Of a stretch of DNA of 64,000 nt, positions 1 through 9,224 are shown piece by piece; within the stretch, counting starts at the first letter, position 1; every line of letters starts with the position of its first letter. The notes under the pieces are model-generated. The model worked only from the letters and a program-made list of their open reading frames with translations. It was not told the origin of the DNA and did no database searches. The position numbers were made by a program, and so were the translations under genes. Origin of the DNA: a virus; IMG/VR virus record IMGVR_UViG_3300008262_002626, positions 1-64,000 of that record; one strand, written 5' to 3'.

Positions 1-280
1 TTGATTTACGGTCATCGCCTACCGTGTTGCCGTCTCTATTATCTCACCCTGTCGAAACCATGGCAGGCCCATCATAAGAAAACTTAACCTAAATCGTATA
101 GGATACGCCAGTCGGTAGCAGTAAATTTATACATTCCAAAACGCTTACCGCTAGGAAATCTTTTACCGCCATTCAAATAATACAATAATTTAGGTTTCAT
201 CTCAAACTTTCTTATGGTGGACCTGGCGGGAGTCGAACCCGCGTCCAGAATGCCTTCACTTTGAAGGGATTACAACAATT
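1..280 (-). ncRNA. ssrA: Circularly permuted (two-piece) tmRNA gene; acceptor piece ~280-215, intervening segment 214-71, coding piece from 70 running off the window edge
   Basis: Minus strand reads ...GGACGCGGGTTCGACTCCCGCCAGGTCCACCA (T-arm and CCA ending at 215) upstream of GGGCCTGCCATGGTTTCGACAGGGTG (tmRNA 5' end at 70). GGGCCTG/CAGGTCC forms a 7-bp acceptor stem with the G3-U70 alanine determinant; AGGGTG/CATTCT forms helix 2. There is no anticodon arm. Confidence 0.9.
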
Positions 281-349
281 CTATAAAACAAGAAGAACGA
301 CTATAACTACTACAGCAAAGCCTATCAAAAATCTTGTTAGATCATCCAT
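281..349 (-). CDS. 22-aa single-pass membrane micropeptide MDDLTRFLIGFAVVVIVVLLVL
   Basis: Hand-translated; TAATG stop/start overlap with the upstream ORF; hydrophobic. Confidence 0.55.
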   Translation of the reverse strand: MDDLTRFLIGFAVVVIVVLLVL

Positions 350-423
350 TACTTGCGTTTCTTTAAAACTCTGCGAGCTGTTGCCTTAATAGAACGTGGG
401 TGATGTGCCTTCCATTTAGCCAT
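349..423 (-). CDS. 24-aa Lys/Arg-rich peptide MAKWKAHHPRSIKATARRVLKKRK
   Basis: Hand-translated; TAATG overlaps at both ends; paralogous to the next ORF. Confidence 0.65.
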   Translation of the reverse strand: MAKWKAHHPRSIKATARRVLKKRK

Positions 424-491
424 TATTTTCTCCTACGCATCGCTCTGCGAGCTGCCGCTTTTACGCTGTTCTTTTTTGCCTTGTATGCCAT
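423..491 (-). CDS. 22-aa Lys/Arg-rich peptide MAYKAKKNSVKAAARRAMRRRK
   Basis: Hand-translated; AAGGA SD upstream of the ATG; TAAATA box further upstream. Confidence 0.65.
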   Translation of the reverse strand: MAYKAKKNSVKAAARRAMRRRK

Positions 492-609
492 TTTAATTTC
501 CTTTTTTACAAGTGGTGTTTGTATAGTGTATTTAAACATAATTTGGTTAAAAAGTCAATTATTATGGCAAAAACTAAATACTTGTGTTATCAGAGCGGAG
601 CGAATCAAA

Positions 610-891
610 ATGAGCGAAATATTCAAACTTATCGGGGACCTTGGGTTCCCTATTGCTGTAGCCCTATCCGGCGGCTACTTTGTATATCTAACAATCAAAC
701 TACTATTACAAGGCGTACTAGGTTCAATTAACGGTATGAAGGGCATTATTATTGCTCTTGACAATCGTGTTAAAACTATGAACCACGATGTTGTGCGTAT
801 CGATACTATAGTATCTAACGCATTAGGTTTAAAGCCAGATGTAGATCGTATCGCCCGAGCTGATGGTAAGAATGATGCTAGAAGGGATTAA
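610..891 (+). CDS. Small membrane protein (N-terminal GFPI transmembrane segment plus coiled coil; YvrJ/holin-like)
   Basis: Start reassigned to MSEIFK after GGAG SD and TAAATA; LGFPIAVA motif shared with 1365..1769. Confidence 0.6.
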   Translation: MSEIFKLIGDLGFPIAVALSGGYFVYLTIKLLLQGVLGSINGMKGIIIALDNRVKTMNHDVVRIDTIVSNALGLKPDVDRIARADGKNDARRD

Positions 892-893
892 TT

Positions 894-1091
894 ATGTTAT
901 ACCTGGATTATTCCTGGGACTGTAGTCCTAATGGAATCATATTAGATGAAGAATTTAACAGCGATAAACTTGGCTGGCGAGGTGGAGACCTTTTTAAGCT
1001 GATCAATCGTAACGGTCGACAGATGTTAGTTAAAGTCGACCCAGTTGAGGCATTTAGCAAAGGATACCCTGTAAATGTTCAAGAAGAGTAA
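894..1091 (+). CDS. Hypothetical protein
   Basis: ORF track; tight packing. Confidence 0.6.
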   Translation: MLYLDYSWDCSPNGIILDEEFNSDKLGWRGGDLFKLINRNGRQMLVKVDPVEAFSKGYPVNVQEE

Positions 1092-1233
1092 ATGGGAATT
1101 ATGGTACGATGCTCAACCAGAGCATATTAAGCGTTGGATGGATCAAGACCATGCTATATGGTATGATCGTGACATGTACAAAGCAGTTGCTTTTGGATTA
1201 TTTGTTGGAGTGTTGATTGGACTTGCTATTTGA
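1075..1233 (+). CDS. 52-aa protein with C-terminal TM helix
   Basis: Hand-translated MFKKSKWELWYDAQPEH...AFGLFVGVLIGLAI; fills gap. Confidence 0.55.
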   Translation: MFKKSKWELWYDAQPEHIKRWMDQDHAIWYDRDMYKAVAFGLFVGVLIGLAI

Positions 1234-1240
1234 GTCTTTC

Positions 1241-1363
1241 ATGGTATTTTATCTGCTAGAGCTGATAGTGTTAGCCCTGGCATATTACCTTTACTTCAAA
1301 GAATCTAAAGTCCAAGAGAAAAAAATCTGGGACCCGTGGGGAGTATGGAAGGAGATAAAATAA
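1241..1363 (+). CDS. 40-aa membrane micropeptide
   Basis: Hand-translated MVFYLLELIVLALAYYLYF...WDPWGVWKEIK; fills gap. Confidence 0.45.
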   Translation: MVFYLLELIVLALAYYLYFKESKVQEKKIWDPWGVWKEIK

Positions 1364-1364
1364 T

Positions 1365-1769
1365 ATGGATGTAGTAGAGTTAATTAACAAATATGGATTT
1401 CCGATAGTAATGGCTGTCGGCTTAGGTTATATTATCAAGTATGTTTGGGAGTGGGCTACTAAAGAAGTTAAACCTGTTATCAGCGAAGCCAACACAACCT
1501 TAGTCGCCCTGATAGATCGTATTCGTATGTTAGACAATGATTTAATTCGTCTAAACCAAAAGGTCAACACAGTCTTACACCTACGTGGTAAGATTATCGA
1601 AAGTGATCGTGTTATGGAAGCCGTTAAAGTAGAAAGAGAAGCATCACAACGTTTCGATGAAGCAGCCAAACTCGACGACAATAAACCAAAATTTGTCAAG
1701 CGCCGAGATGATATTGCAGATGCTGAAGAAGAAGAAAATAAAAAAACAGCAGCCTCAGGGGAAGGCTAA
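1365..1769 (+). CDS. Small membrane protein (GFPI TM plus coiled coil; YvrJ/holin-like)
   Basis: YGFPIVMA motif; AAGGAG SD; paralog of 610..891. Confidence 0.65.
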   Translation: MDVVELINKYGFPIVMAVGLGYIIKYVWEWATKEVKPVISEANTTLVALIDRIRMLDNDLIRLNQKVNTVLHLRGKIIESDRVMEAVKVEREASQRFDEAAKLDDNKPKFVKRRDDIADAEEEENKKTAASGEG

Positions 1770-1774
1770 AGAAT

Positions 1775-1860
1775 TCACCTTAGGACCTTTGTAGTTAGGT
1801 GATGGGCGGCTACTGCCCGGGGGCTCCACGATTCGCTACCGTATCCCCCGAAAGTGGCAT
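1775..1860 (+). ncRNA. Candidate structured RNA (three hairpins with possible pseudoknots), function unknown
   Basis: GC-rich island; stems TCACCT/AGGTGA, GGGCGG/CTGCCC, CGGGGG/CCCCCG; strand uncertain. Confidence 0.45.
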
Positions 1861-1913
1861 TTTATTGACCTCCTTGTCTAGAACCATAAATACTAGGCTT
1901 ACAAGGAGATACC

Positions 1914-3122
1914 ATGAAAAAGCGAAATTACACACAAGACACAGTCCGCAAGTTACAAGGCTCATTACAAATTGAGCATACATTAGCAAAACGTGGTGCT
2001 ATCAAACTACGTGAACTACTAGCAAACGAACCATACGTTAACACGCTAGGTGCATACAGTGGACAACAAGCCGTCCAACATGCCAAGGCAGGACTTAAAG
2101 CAATTTATCTATCAGGCTGGCAGGTGGCCGCAGCCGCAAACACAGCAGGACAAACATACCCAGATCAAAGTTTGTATCCTGTAAACTCAGTACCGACAAT
2201 CGTTAAGCAGATTAACAATGCTTTCCGTCGTGCTGATCAAATTGAACATTCAGAAGGCCAAGTAACTACAGATTACTTCTTACCAATCGTAGCTGATGCT
2301 GAAGCAGGCTTTGGTGGTGCATTAAACGCATATGAACTAATGATGGCCATGATTGAAGCAGGTGCAGGTGGTGTACACTTTGAAGATCAGTTATCAAGTG
2401 AAAAGAAATGTGGACACTTAGGTGGCAAGGTTTTAATCCCTACTAGTCAAGCAATACGAAATTTGCAGGCTGCACGGTTAGCCGCAGACGTAGCAGGTGT
2501 TGATACTGTTATCCTAGCACGTACAGATGCCGAGTCAGCAACGCTTATTACCAGCGACCATGATCCACTAGATAAGGATTTTATCATCAATGAACGCACT
2601 GAAGAAGGTTTCTATAAGTTCCGTAATGGATTAGATGCTTGTATTGCTCGCGGGCTTGCTTATGCTCCCTATGCAGATCTACTATGGTTTGAAACTAGTA
2701 CACCTGATATCCAACAGGCCAAGAAGTTCGCAGATGCAATCCACGCACAGTTCCCGGATCAAATGTTGGCTTACAACTGTTCTCCGTCGTTTAACTGGCG
2801 TAAGTTCTTAAGCGAAGAAGAGTGCGAAACATTTCAACATGAACTAGGAGAGCTAGGATACAAGTTCCAGTTCATTACACTAGCAGGTTTCCACTCAGTT
2901 AATCTTGCTACATTTGAACTAGCAGAAGCATACAAGGCACGTGGCATGGCTGGTTATTCAGAAATGCAACAACGTGAGTTTGCCGCACAAGAACGTGGGT
3001 TCACAACTGTTAAACATCAGCGTGAAGTTGGAGTTGGTTATTTTGACTTAATTAGTGAAGCAGTCGGTGCTACCAGTACTGTAGCAAATAAAACTTCTAC
3101 CGAAGCTGATCAGTTCCACTAA
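1914..3122 (+). CDS. aceA: Isocitrate lyase
   Basis: [11 protein letters not shown] catalytic motif, [27 protein letters not shown]. Confidence 0.97.
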   Translation: MKKRNYTQDTVRKLQGSLQIEHTLAKRGAIKLRELLANEPYVNTLGAYSGQQAVQHAKAGLKAIYLSGWQVAAAANTAGQTYPDQSLYPVNSVPTIVKQINNAFRRADQIEHSEGQVTTDYFLPIVADAEAGFGGALNAYELMMAMIEAGAGGVHFEDQLSSEKKCGHLGGKVLIPTSQAIRNLQAARLAADVAGVDTVILARTDAESATLITSDHDPLDKDFIINERTEEGFYKFRNGLDACIARGLAYAPYADLLWFETSTPDIQQAKKFADAIHAQFPDQMLAYNCSPSFNWRKFLSEEECETFQHELGELGYKFQFITLAGFHSVNLATFELAEAYKARGMAGYSEMQQREFAAQERGFTTVKHQREVGVGYFDLISEAVGATSTVANKTSTEADQFH

Positions 3123-3132
3123 ATAGTAGACT

Positions 3133-3855
3133 ATGTTTACTATTACTTTCTTGCAGGGTTTGCTGATAACCCTGCTACTCACACATCTTACTATTATCAG
3201 CGTAACCTTGTATCTTCATAGATCACAAGCACATCGTGGAGTAGAGTTTCATCCTTGGCTTAATCATTTTTTCCGTTTTTGGATTTGGTTAACAACAGGT
3301 ATGACTACTAAGGCATGGGTAGCAGTACACCGAAAACACCATCAAACTACAGATGTAGAAGGCGATCCACACAGTCCACATGTATTTGGAATTTGGAAAT
3401 TACTATTTGGTGGCTGGAGTTTATATCATGAAGCTACGAAGGACGCGACCTTTGTTATTAAATATGGAGCCGGAACTCCTAAAGATAAACTTGAAATATT
3501 TTATATGAAGTATCACCGGGCAGGATTCTTGTTGATGTTGGTCATAGACCTTGTTCTTTTTGGCCTGCCTGGTATTCTTATTTGGGGTGTTCAAATGATC
3601 TGGATTCCGTTCTGGGCCGCTGGCTTTATTAACGGTATTGGTCATTGGTGGGGATATCGTAACGGAGACACTAACGACTATAGTCGTAATGTTAGTCCTA
3701 TTGGTATTTTAATCGGCGGAGAAGAACTACATAACAATCATCATTTAGATCCTGCTAATCCTAAATTCAGACGTCGTTGGTTTGAATTAGATATCGGTTG
3801 GATCTATATTAAAATACTAGAAGCTTTAAGACTTGCTACCGTTAGGAGTGCATAG
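3133..3855 (+). CDS. Membrane fatty-acid (delta-9 acyl-CoA type) desaturase
   Basis: His boxes HRSQAH, HRKHH, HNNHH; TM segments. Confidence 0.92.
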   Translation: MFTITFLQGLLITLLLTHLTIISVTLYLHRSQAHRGVEFHPWLNHFFRFWIWLTTGMTTKAWVAVHRKHHQTTDVEGDPHSPHVFGIWKLLFGGWSLYHEATKDATFVIKYGAGTPKDKLEIFYMKYHRAGFLLMLVIDLVLFGLPGILIWGVQMIWIPFWAAGFINGIGHWWGYRNGDTNDYSRNVSPIGILIGGEELHNNHHLDPANPKFRRRWFELDIGWIYIKILEALRLATVRSA

Positions 3856-4552
3856 CAAGATAAACTGCCTCCGGAACACGGGTTTTAGTATTTTTACTAT
3901 TCAATAGGACAACAATGCGTTGTCCTATTTTTGTATTCACTAGCATGACGATGCAACCACCGCTGGCTCGAATCCATCCTGTTTTGCTCACAACAAAATC
4001 ATGTGTTGCAATCATTGGGTTTGTATTTCTAAATACTAAAACTTTCTTTTTCTTATGAATCTTTATTTCACTCATCTTGCTGGCTTCGACAATTTCTGTA
4101 TAATTTTCTGCGGCACGTACTAACTTTATCAGATCGTACGCTGTGCTAGAATTCATTACACCTAAACCAGTTGGATCAATAAAACGACTATCTATCATAC
4201 CCAAACTTTTTGCTTTATTATTCATAGCTGTAATACAACTTTGCCGACCGCCTGGATAATGTTTGCACAACTCTTCTGATGCACGATTATCGGAATGAAC
4301 GATAGCCAATTGAATTAGCTCTTTTCTTGTGTATGGTTTTAAAAATTCATCTAAGTCTTGTCTAGCATCTAACACAACCATGACCGTCATTAGTTTGGTT
4401 ATACTGGCAATGCTACGTTGTTGATACATGTTCTCACTTTGAATAACATGCCCGTCGGCATCTGCTACTAACCAACTAGTAGCAGTTATTTTCTCAGCCG
4501 ATGCAGAAAAAGACAGGGATGCTAACAGTAAAAAAAATATATGTTTAATCAT
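3842..4552 (-). CDS. Peptidase S11 D-Ala-D-Ala carboxy/endopeptidase (PbpG-like), secreted
   Basis: Signal peptide; SITK (SxxK), SDN (SxN), KTG motifs. Confidence 0.9.
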   Translation of the reverse strand: MIKHIFFLLLASLSFSASAEKITATSWLVADADGHVIQSENMYQQRSIASITKLMTVMVVLDARQDLDEFLKPYTRKELIQLAIVHSDNRASEELCKHYPGGRQSCITAMNNKAKSLGMIDSRFIDPTGLGVMNSSTAYDLIKLVRAAENYTEIVEASKMSEIKIHKKKKVLVFRNTNPMIATHDFVVSKTGWIRASGGCIVMLVNTKIGQRIVVLLNSKNTKTRVPEAVYLAMHS

Positions 4553-4716
4553 TATCTACAGATGCTAAAAGATTTAATGCCGTTGAGACTAAATTGACTT
4601 AGAAACTTTTCCATATCGTCGTTAACGCTAATCATTTTTGCTGGATACATAAACTTGTATTGTAGCATAAGCCATACATAATAGTCAAACCACCAGTCAA
4701 CCGGAGTATAAATCAT
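4552..4716 (-). CDS. Small hypothetical protein
   Basis: Start MIYTP overlaps the cyclase stop (ATGA); stop overlaps the PbpG start. Confidence 0.55.
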   Translation of the reverse strand: MIYTPVDWWFDYYVWLMLQYKFMYPAKMISVNDDMEKFLSQFSLNGIKSFSICR

Positions 4717-6755
4717 TTTTCGTGTGCGACAAATTCGCCATTCCAATTATCTGGAAGGTCTTGCTGTTTCATAAATTCGCAACGCTCAATCCAGATTTTG
4801 TAGTACTTGTCCATTTGTCCGCCAAATGTGCCTTTCATTTTCTTACACATTTCTGCGGCTTCGTCAAACTTCTTAGCCTTGTATAGAGATTGCATTTCGT
4901 TATACTTGACTAGGTCTTTACTCCAATCTTCACCGTTAGGTCTTAAGGCTGTATAGATTAAGTCTGCTACACTTTTGCCTTTTGGTTGTAAATTATCGAT
5001 ACACAAGTAAAAGAAATCGTCCTTGGTTCTATTGTAGGTTTCAGCACCAATAATACATAACACACCATAAGCCTTGCAACGTGCTTCTAAACGTGCGGCT
5101 GTTGAAACCATGTCACCTAAGATGTCATAACTATGTCTATCTGTGCTACCCATCTCACCAATAAAGCCTATACCTGTGTTACAACCCCAACCCATAGCCG
5201 CAGGTGGTAATCCCTGTGCTTCCATTTCTTTTGTATAAGCATCAACAGCGTCTAACATTTCAAGTCCAACAGCAACGATTGTACGAGCATGATTAGGATC
5301 TTCAATCGGAGCACCGTGTATGTGCATTGACGCATCTCCTACATACTTAATGACCATACCTTTGTTGTCCATGATTGGGCGGCTGATAGCGTCCATGTAT
5401 CCATTCATATACTTGCCTAGGCCAGCAACGTCATCACCATAGTGTTCACCAATAGGAGTAAAGCCGCGCAAGTCACTGAACATAACACTTACGTCTTTGC
5501 GCACACCACGCTTGATCAAGTCTGGATCTTTCTGTAACATCTCTACTACTTCTTTTGAGCAGTAGCCAGCAAATTGTTTTTTGATTGCCTGCTTCTGTAA
5601 GAATTCACTTACAAACTTAACCCCATAAGTATGCAGAGCGACGAGAATAAGACCAGCCGTGCTTGCCGTCGCGTCTCCCAAGATTCTGAATTCACTGAAA
5701 CCGTACCGACTAGCAACAACACAGGCAACGATCCCACTAACAGTTGTAAAAATACCGACATAGGTCCACCTCGATAATCCAATAATAATTAAACCTAATA
5801 CTAACAAGGTTAGTATTTCCGCTCCATCGGCCCAATCAGGACGTTGGATTACTACACCGTTGGCCATTGTACCGATTACAGCCGCTTGCACTTCATGTGG
5901 CCATACTGCTCCTTTTGCTGTAGGTAATGGATTTCCTATACCTGCGGCGGTTGGTCCTACAATGACTATAGCACCTTCTAAATCTTTAGGCAATTTTAGT
6001 AAACTAAAACTGCGCGACTGCTGACTCCAGTCGATCCACACACGACCTAGTTGATCTGTTGTAATAGGACCAAATTTAGGAATACGCATTTTCTCAATGC
6101 CACCCTCAAACATTTTAACTTGTACTGTTGAATCACCTGCGGCAACACGTAGAGTTTCTAGACTTAGTGATGGATAAAGTTTGCCATCTACTGTAACCAG
6201 TAACGGCATACGACGATTGACACCGTCAACCTCTGGGAGTGTATTTGTAATACCGACACCAGCGGCATTATTTTCTAATACTGGAATATTAGCAATAAGT
6301 CCAGGATACTGGACTATTTGATCTGCGAATTCTGAATTAATTACTGCTGATCCCGGAACACGTGGAGTATTCTTTGTTTTTTGTGCAGGAGTAGAACTTA
6401 AAACTACTGGTGCTTCTTTTAGAGCTTGACCCAGCGCACTGTCGCCACCTGTACGGTCTGCTTCTGGCATGAGTACATTAAGTACAACAAGGCCAGCTCC
6501 CCTCTGATATAAATCTCGTACAATTTTAGCATATTCTGCTCTTGGTAGGGGCCACTGTCCATATTTATTTAAACTCTCTTCGTCAATATTTACAGTTACA
6601 ATATTGTTAAAGGTAGGTTCTTTGGCTGTAATCAGTGTGTCAAAATAACGTAGTCTAACGCTTTCGACAAATGTAGGATCTGCAACACGTATGCCCACTA
6701 CTAACGCTAAGGTTAATAGTGCAGTCCATGGGCTTAAAAGTATTTTTTTTACCAT
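4713..6755 (-). CDS. CHASE2-domain class III adenylate/guanylate cyclase, membrane-bound
   Basis: CHASE2 (IDEESL..YGQWPLPR, DGVNRRMPL), three TM helices, cyclase motifs FSDLRGFT, KYVGDA, GDMVSTAARLE. Confidence 0.93.
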   Translation of the reverse strand: MVKKILLSPWTALLTLALVVGIRVADPTFVESVRLRYFDTLITAKEPTFNNIVTVNIDEESLNKYGQWPLPRAEYAKIVRDLYQRGAGLVVLNVLMPEADRTGGDSALGQALKEAPVVLSSTPAQKTKNTPRVPGSAVINSEFADQIVQYPGLIANIPVLENNAAGVGITNTLPEVDGVNRRMPLLVTVDGKLYPSLSLETLRVAAGDSTVQVKMFEGGIEKMRIPKFGPITTDQLGRVWIDWSQQSRSFSLLKLPKDLEGAIVIVGPTAAGIGNPLPTAKGAVWPHEVQAAVIGTMANGVVIQRPDWADGAEILTLLVLGLIIIGLSRWTYVGIFTTVSGIVACVVASRYGFSEFRILGDATASTAGLILVALHTYGVKFVSEFLQKQAIKKQFAGYCSKEVVEMLQKDPDLIKRGVRKDVSVMFSDLRGFTPIGEHYGDDVAGLGKYMNGYMDAISRPIMDNKGMVIKYVGDASMHIHGAPIEDPNHARTIVAVGLEMLDAVDAYTKEMEAQGLPPAAMGWGCNTGIGFIGEMGSTDRHSYDILGDMVSTAARLEARCKAYGVLCIIGAETYNRTKDDFFYLCIDNLQPKGKSVADLIYTALRPNGEDWSKDLVKYNEMQSLYKAKKFDEAAEMCKKMKGTFGGQMDKYYKIWIERCEFMKQQDLPDNWNGEFVAHEK

Positions 6756-6766
6756 ATAATATTTAA

Positions 6767-7063
6767 TTAAATTGAATCACTTAAAAATTTAGAATCTTGG
6801 CCCACTCCGATAATACAGGCTATTTTTGAAGTCATTTGTAATAATGTCCAGAATCCAGTCTTCTCGTTAACAAATAAAGCAAATCTAGTATCGTCTACAG
6901 GATTACGTGCAGTCCATACAGGCTTTTCATTGTAGTTTTCAGTAAGGCTTTTAATAAGAGTTTGTGTATCATCGCAAAGCACGGGTTTACGGCTTTCAAA
7001 TGGTTCGGCATTTGCTAAAGAAACAGTCAAGCTAAGTAGTAACGCTGATAGTAAAGTACGCAT
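6767..7063 (-). CDS. Small secreted protein with two Cys
   Basis: Signal peptide; AGGAG SD; TAAATA upstream. Confidence 0.7.
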   Translation of the reverse strand: MRTLLSALLLSLTVSLANAEPFESRKPVLCDDTQTLIKSLTENYNEKPVWTARNPVDDTRFALFVNEKTGFWTLLQMTSKIACIIGVGQDSKFLSDSI

Positions 7064-7085
7064 AGCATACTCCTTAAAACTATAT

Positions 7086-9224
7086 TTATTGCCTTACTAC
7101 TGTGGTGCAACCTGCAGGATTTGTACAGCTCTGTATAATATTAAATGATTTGCCGCCAGTCTGTTGTAAATCGACATTAGCGGCGCCGCCGGAGTTTGTA
7201 AGATTAATGCTGGCGTTATTAGCAGTAGATCCGCTTTGAGTAACTGTAACTGTATGCCCATTACCTGTTAGCATATTTTCTAAATAATGATTGCCTGTAC
7301 CTTCTTGTACTGCTGTTACAGAATTGTTGCTACCATTTACTGTAGTAAACATAATTTTATTTGCATTATCTTTTTGGTTAGTATTGACAATATTATTGCT
7401 ACCGGTTATAGTAGTCTCTTTAAAATTACTGCTGGTACTATTATTTGATTGTTGTGTAGTAATATTATTATAGGCACCGTTAACATCTAATTTATGATAG
7501 TTAGTTCCAGTCTGTGTTAAATTAATATTATTACTGCCGGACCCCGCGATAGTAGCTTCGGTTGTATTTTTGCCAGCTGATGTAGTCTGTGTCACAGTTA
7601 CATTGTTAGCATTTCCGCTGACCTGATCAATGTACAAATAATTGTTTGAATTTTGACTAGAACCGTTGTTCCAGTTATTAATTCTTCCTTGCTGTTGCGG
7701 TGTTGGCATAACACTGCCTGCACCACTGTTAATAACTTCTTGGCCAGTACCGTTGGTCATTGTGATTGTTCCGCCCTCAACGACTGGTCCTAGGTTAACA
7801 GTAGATCCAGTAATGTTAACCACAGAGGAATTAGAATACACAACTCCTGTTGTATCCACAGTATAGGTAGGAATAGTACCTGTAGTAAATGCACTATTAG
7901 ATATAGTTCTTAGGCCGTCGCCGTAATCCCAATAAAATGTGTTACCAAATCCGCCTTCTGTATTCCAATACCATGCTTCAATATTATATGTTTGTCCTGC
8001 TACAACATCCATCCAACCACTGCTAGTATAACCAAATATAGCCTGATATCGAACAGTTTCATTTTGATTGATGACAGTATTTCCATTTATACGTAAAACA
8101 AATCCGTCATCGGTGTTGTTGTAAAAATACAATCTGTAAACAGTTCCTGCAGGCTTTGATGAAGTTATTGGTGCTGTTATAGTTCCCGAGTATCTAATAA
8201 CTGTACCATCGTTAGATCCAAACCAACTGTTGTCGTTGTTTGGTAAATCAGAATTGGTTGCAATAAAAATGCCGTTACTAGTAACCCCACTGTTTACTGT
8301 GTTGCCATAGTCCGATATATTAGTAGACGGTGTTCTGTAAGTGAAGTTCCAAGTACATATTCCGAGGAAACAATTATAATTTTTGGGATCATATCTCCAT
8401 ACTTGAAAATTAAGACCTCGCTGTATGGTTTGAGAGGATGTTACAGCAGTACCGTTTGATTCAATAGTTGTTCCAGATACGCCTGTTGTTGTAACAGTAT
8501 TAATAGGTGTGTTAATAGTTGTTAGTGTATTTCCAACAATAGTATTAGTTGTCACTGTGCTAGATACCTTTGTCTGATATAGTGATTCTGTACCATTACT
8601 GCTTGTACTAGTTCCGTCGCTATAAGTTGTAGTAGTTACAGGTGTACGATAAACATAAGTTGTATTACCACTTGTTACTGTTCTTGTTGTATAGGTTGTA
8701 GTTGTACCTGTTACAGTAACTACTGGAGCACTAGGTTGTGCTGTTTGACCGGACGTTAAAGGTGTTGTACTTGCCCACGTATAATTAGACAAGTCGGTTG
8801 ATGATACAGAAGTATCCATATTTGGAAAGGACGCACTAGCTCCGTAACTATAACCTTGCGCTGTACTAATGACATTACCAAAAAAACCTGAACCTATATA
8901 AAATATAGCGCCATTTCCCAAAGCAGTAATATCGCCATAGTCATGAACAACTTTTGCCAAGGTTCCGTTGCTGTTATATAAACCTAATCCATATTGACCG
9001 GGATTAGTTGTACTAGGAAAGAATTGAAAATATTGTCCGCTAGATACTGTAACAGTTTGAAAGTTTTTATCATACGGTGCTATAAAATTACTGGCATATA
9101 ATGTTGTTCCACTCCAATAATACTGCACATCAAAAATTTGGTTGACGCCAAATTTACCGTCGGTGATGGCTGCAAAAGCATTTGAACACATCAGCGTGAG
9201 AAGAAATAAAATTCGTTTTATCAT
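7086..9224 (-). CDS. Secreted adhesin-like protein: Thr-rich stalk, PA14-like domain, C-terminal curlin-like repeats
   Basis: Signal peptide; YSGTITAP...TDDGFVLRING...AGQTYNIEAWY (PA14-like); N-x5-Q-x-G-x2-N repeats in the last ~190 aa. Confidence 0.75.
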   Translation of the reverse strand: MIKRILFLLTLMCSNAFAAITDGKFGVNQIFDVQYYWSGTTLYASNFIAPYDKNFQTVTVSSGQYFQFFPSTTNPGQYGLGLYNSNGTLAKVVHDYGDITALGNGAIFYIGSGFFGNVISTAQGYSYGASASFPNMDTSVSSTDLSNYTWASTTPLTSGQTAQPSAPVVTVTGTTTTYTTRTVTSGNTTYVYRTPVTTTTYSDGTSTSSNGTESLYQTKVSSTVTTNTIVGNTLTTINTPINTVTTTGVSGTTIESNGTAVTSSQTIQRGLNFQVWRYDPKNYNCFLGICTWNFTYRTPSTNISDYGNTVNSGVTSNGIFIATNSDLPNNDNSWFGSNDGTVIRYSGTITAPITSSKPAGTVYRLYFYNNTDDGFVLRINGNTVINQNETVRYQAIFGYTSSGWMDVVAGQTYNIEAWYWNTEGGFGNTFYWDYGDGLRTISNSAFTTGTIPTYTVDTTGVVYSNSSVVNITGSTVNLGPVVEGGTITMTNGTGQEVINSGAGSVMPTPQQQGRINNWNNGSSQNSNNYLYIDQVSGNANNVTVTQTTSAGKNTTEATIAGSGSNNINLTQTGTNYHKLDVNGAYNNITTQQSNNSTSSNFKETTITGSNNIVNTNQKDNANKIMFTTVNGSNNSVTAVQEGTGNHYLENMLTGNGHTVTVTQSGSTANNASINLTNSGGAANVDLQQTGGKSFNIIQSCTNPAGCTTVVRQ

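Noticed and set aside
215-290. tRNA gene
   Set aside because: Has a T-arm and CCA but no D-arm or anticodon arm; its acceptor partner lies downstream at 64-70, so it is the acceptor piece of a permuted tmRNA
400-609. N-terminal 70 aa of the 400..891 ORF
   Set aside because: Antisense to the coupled micro-ORFs; SD and TAAATA support a start at 610
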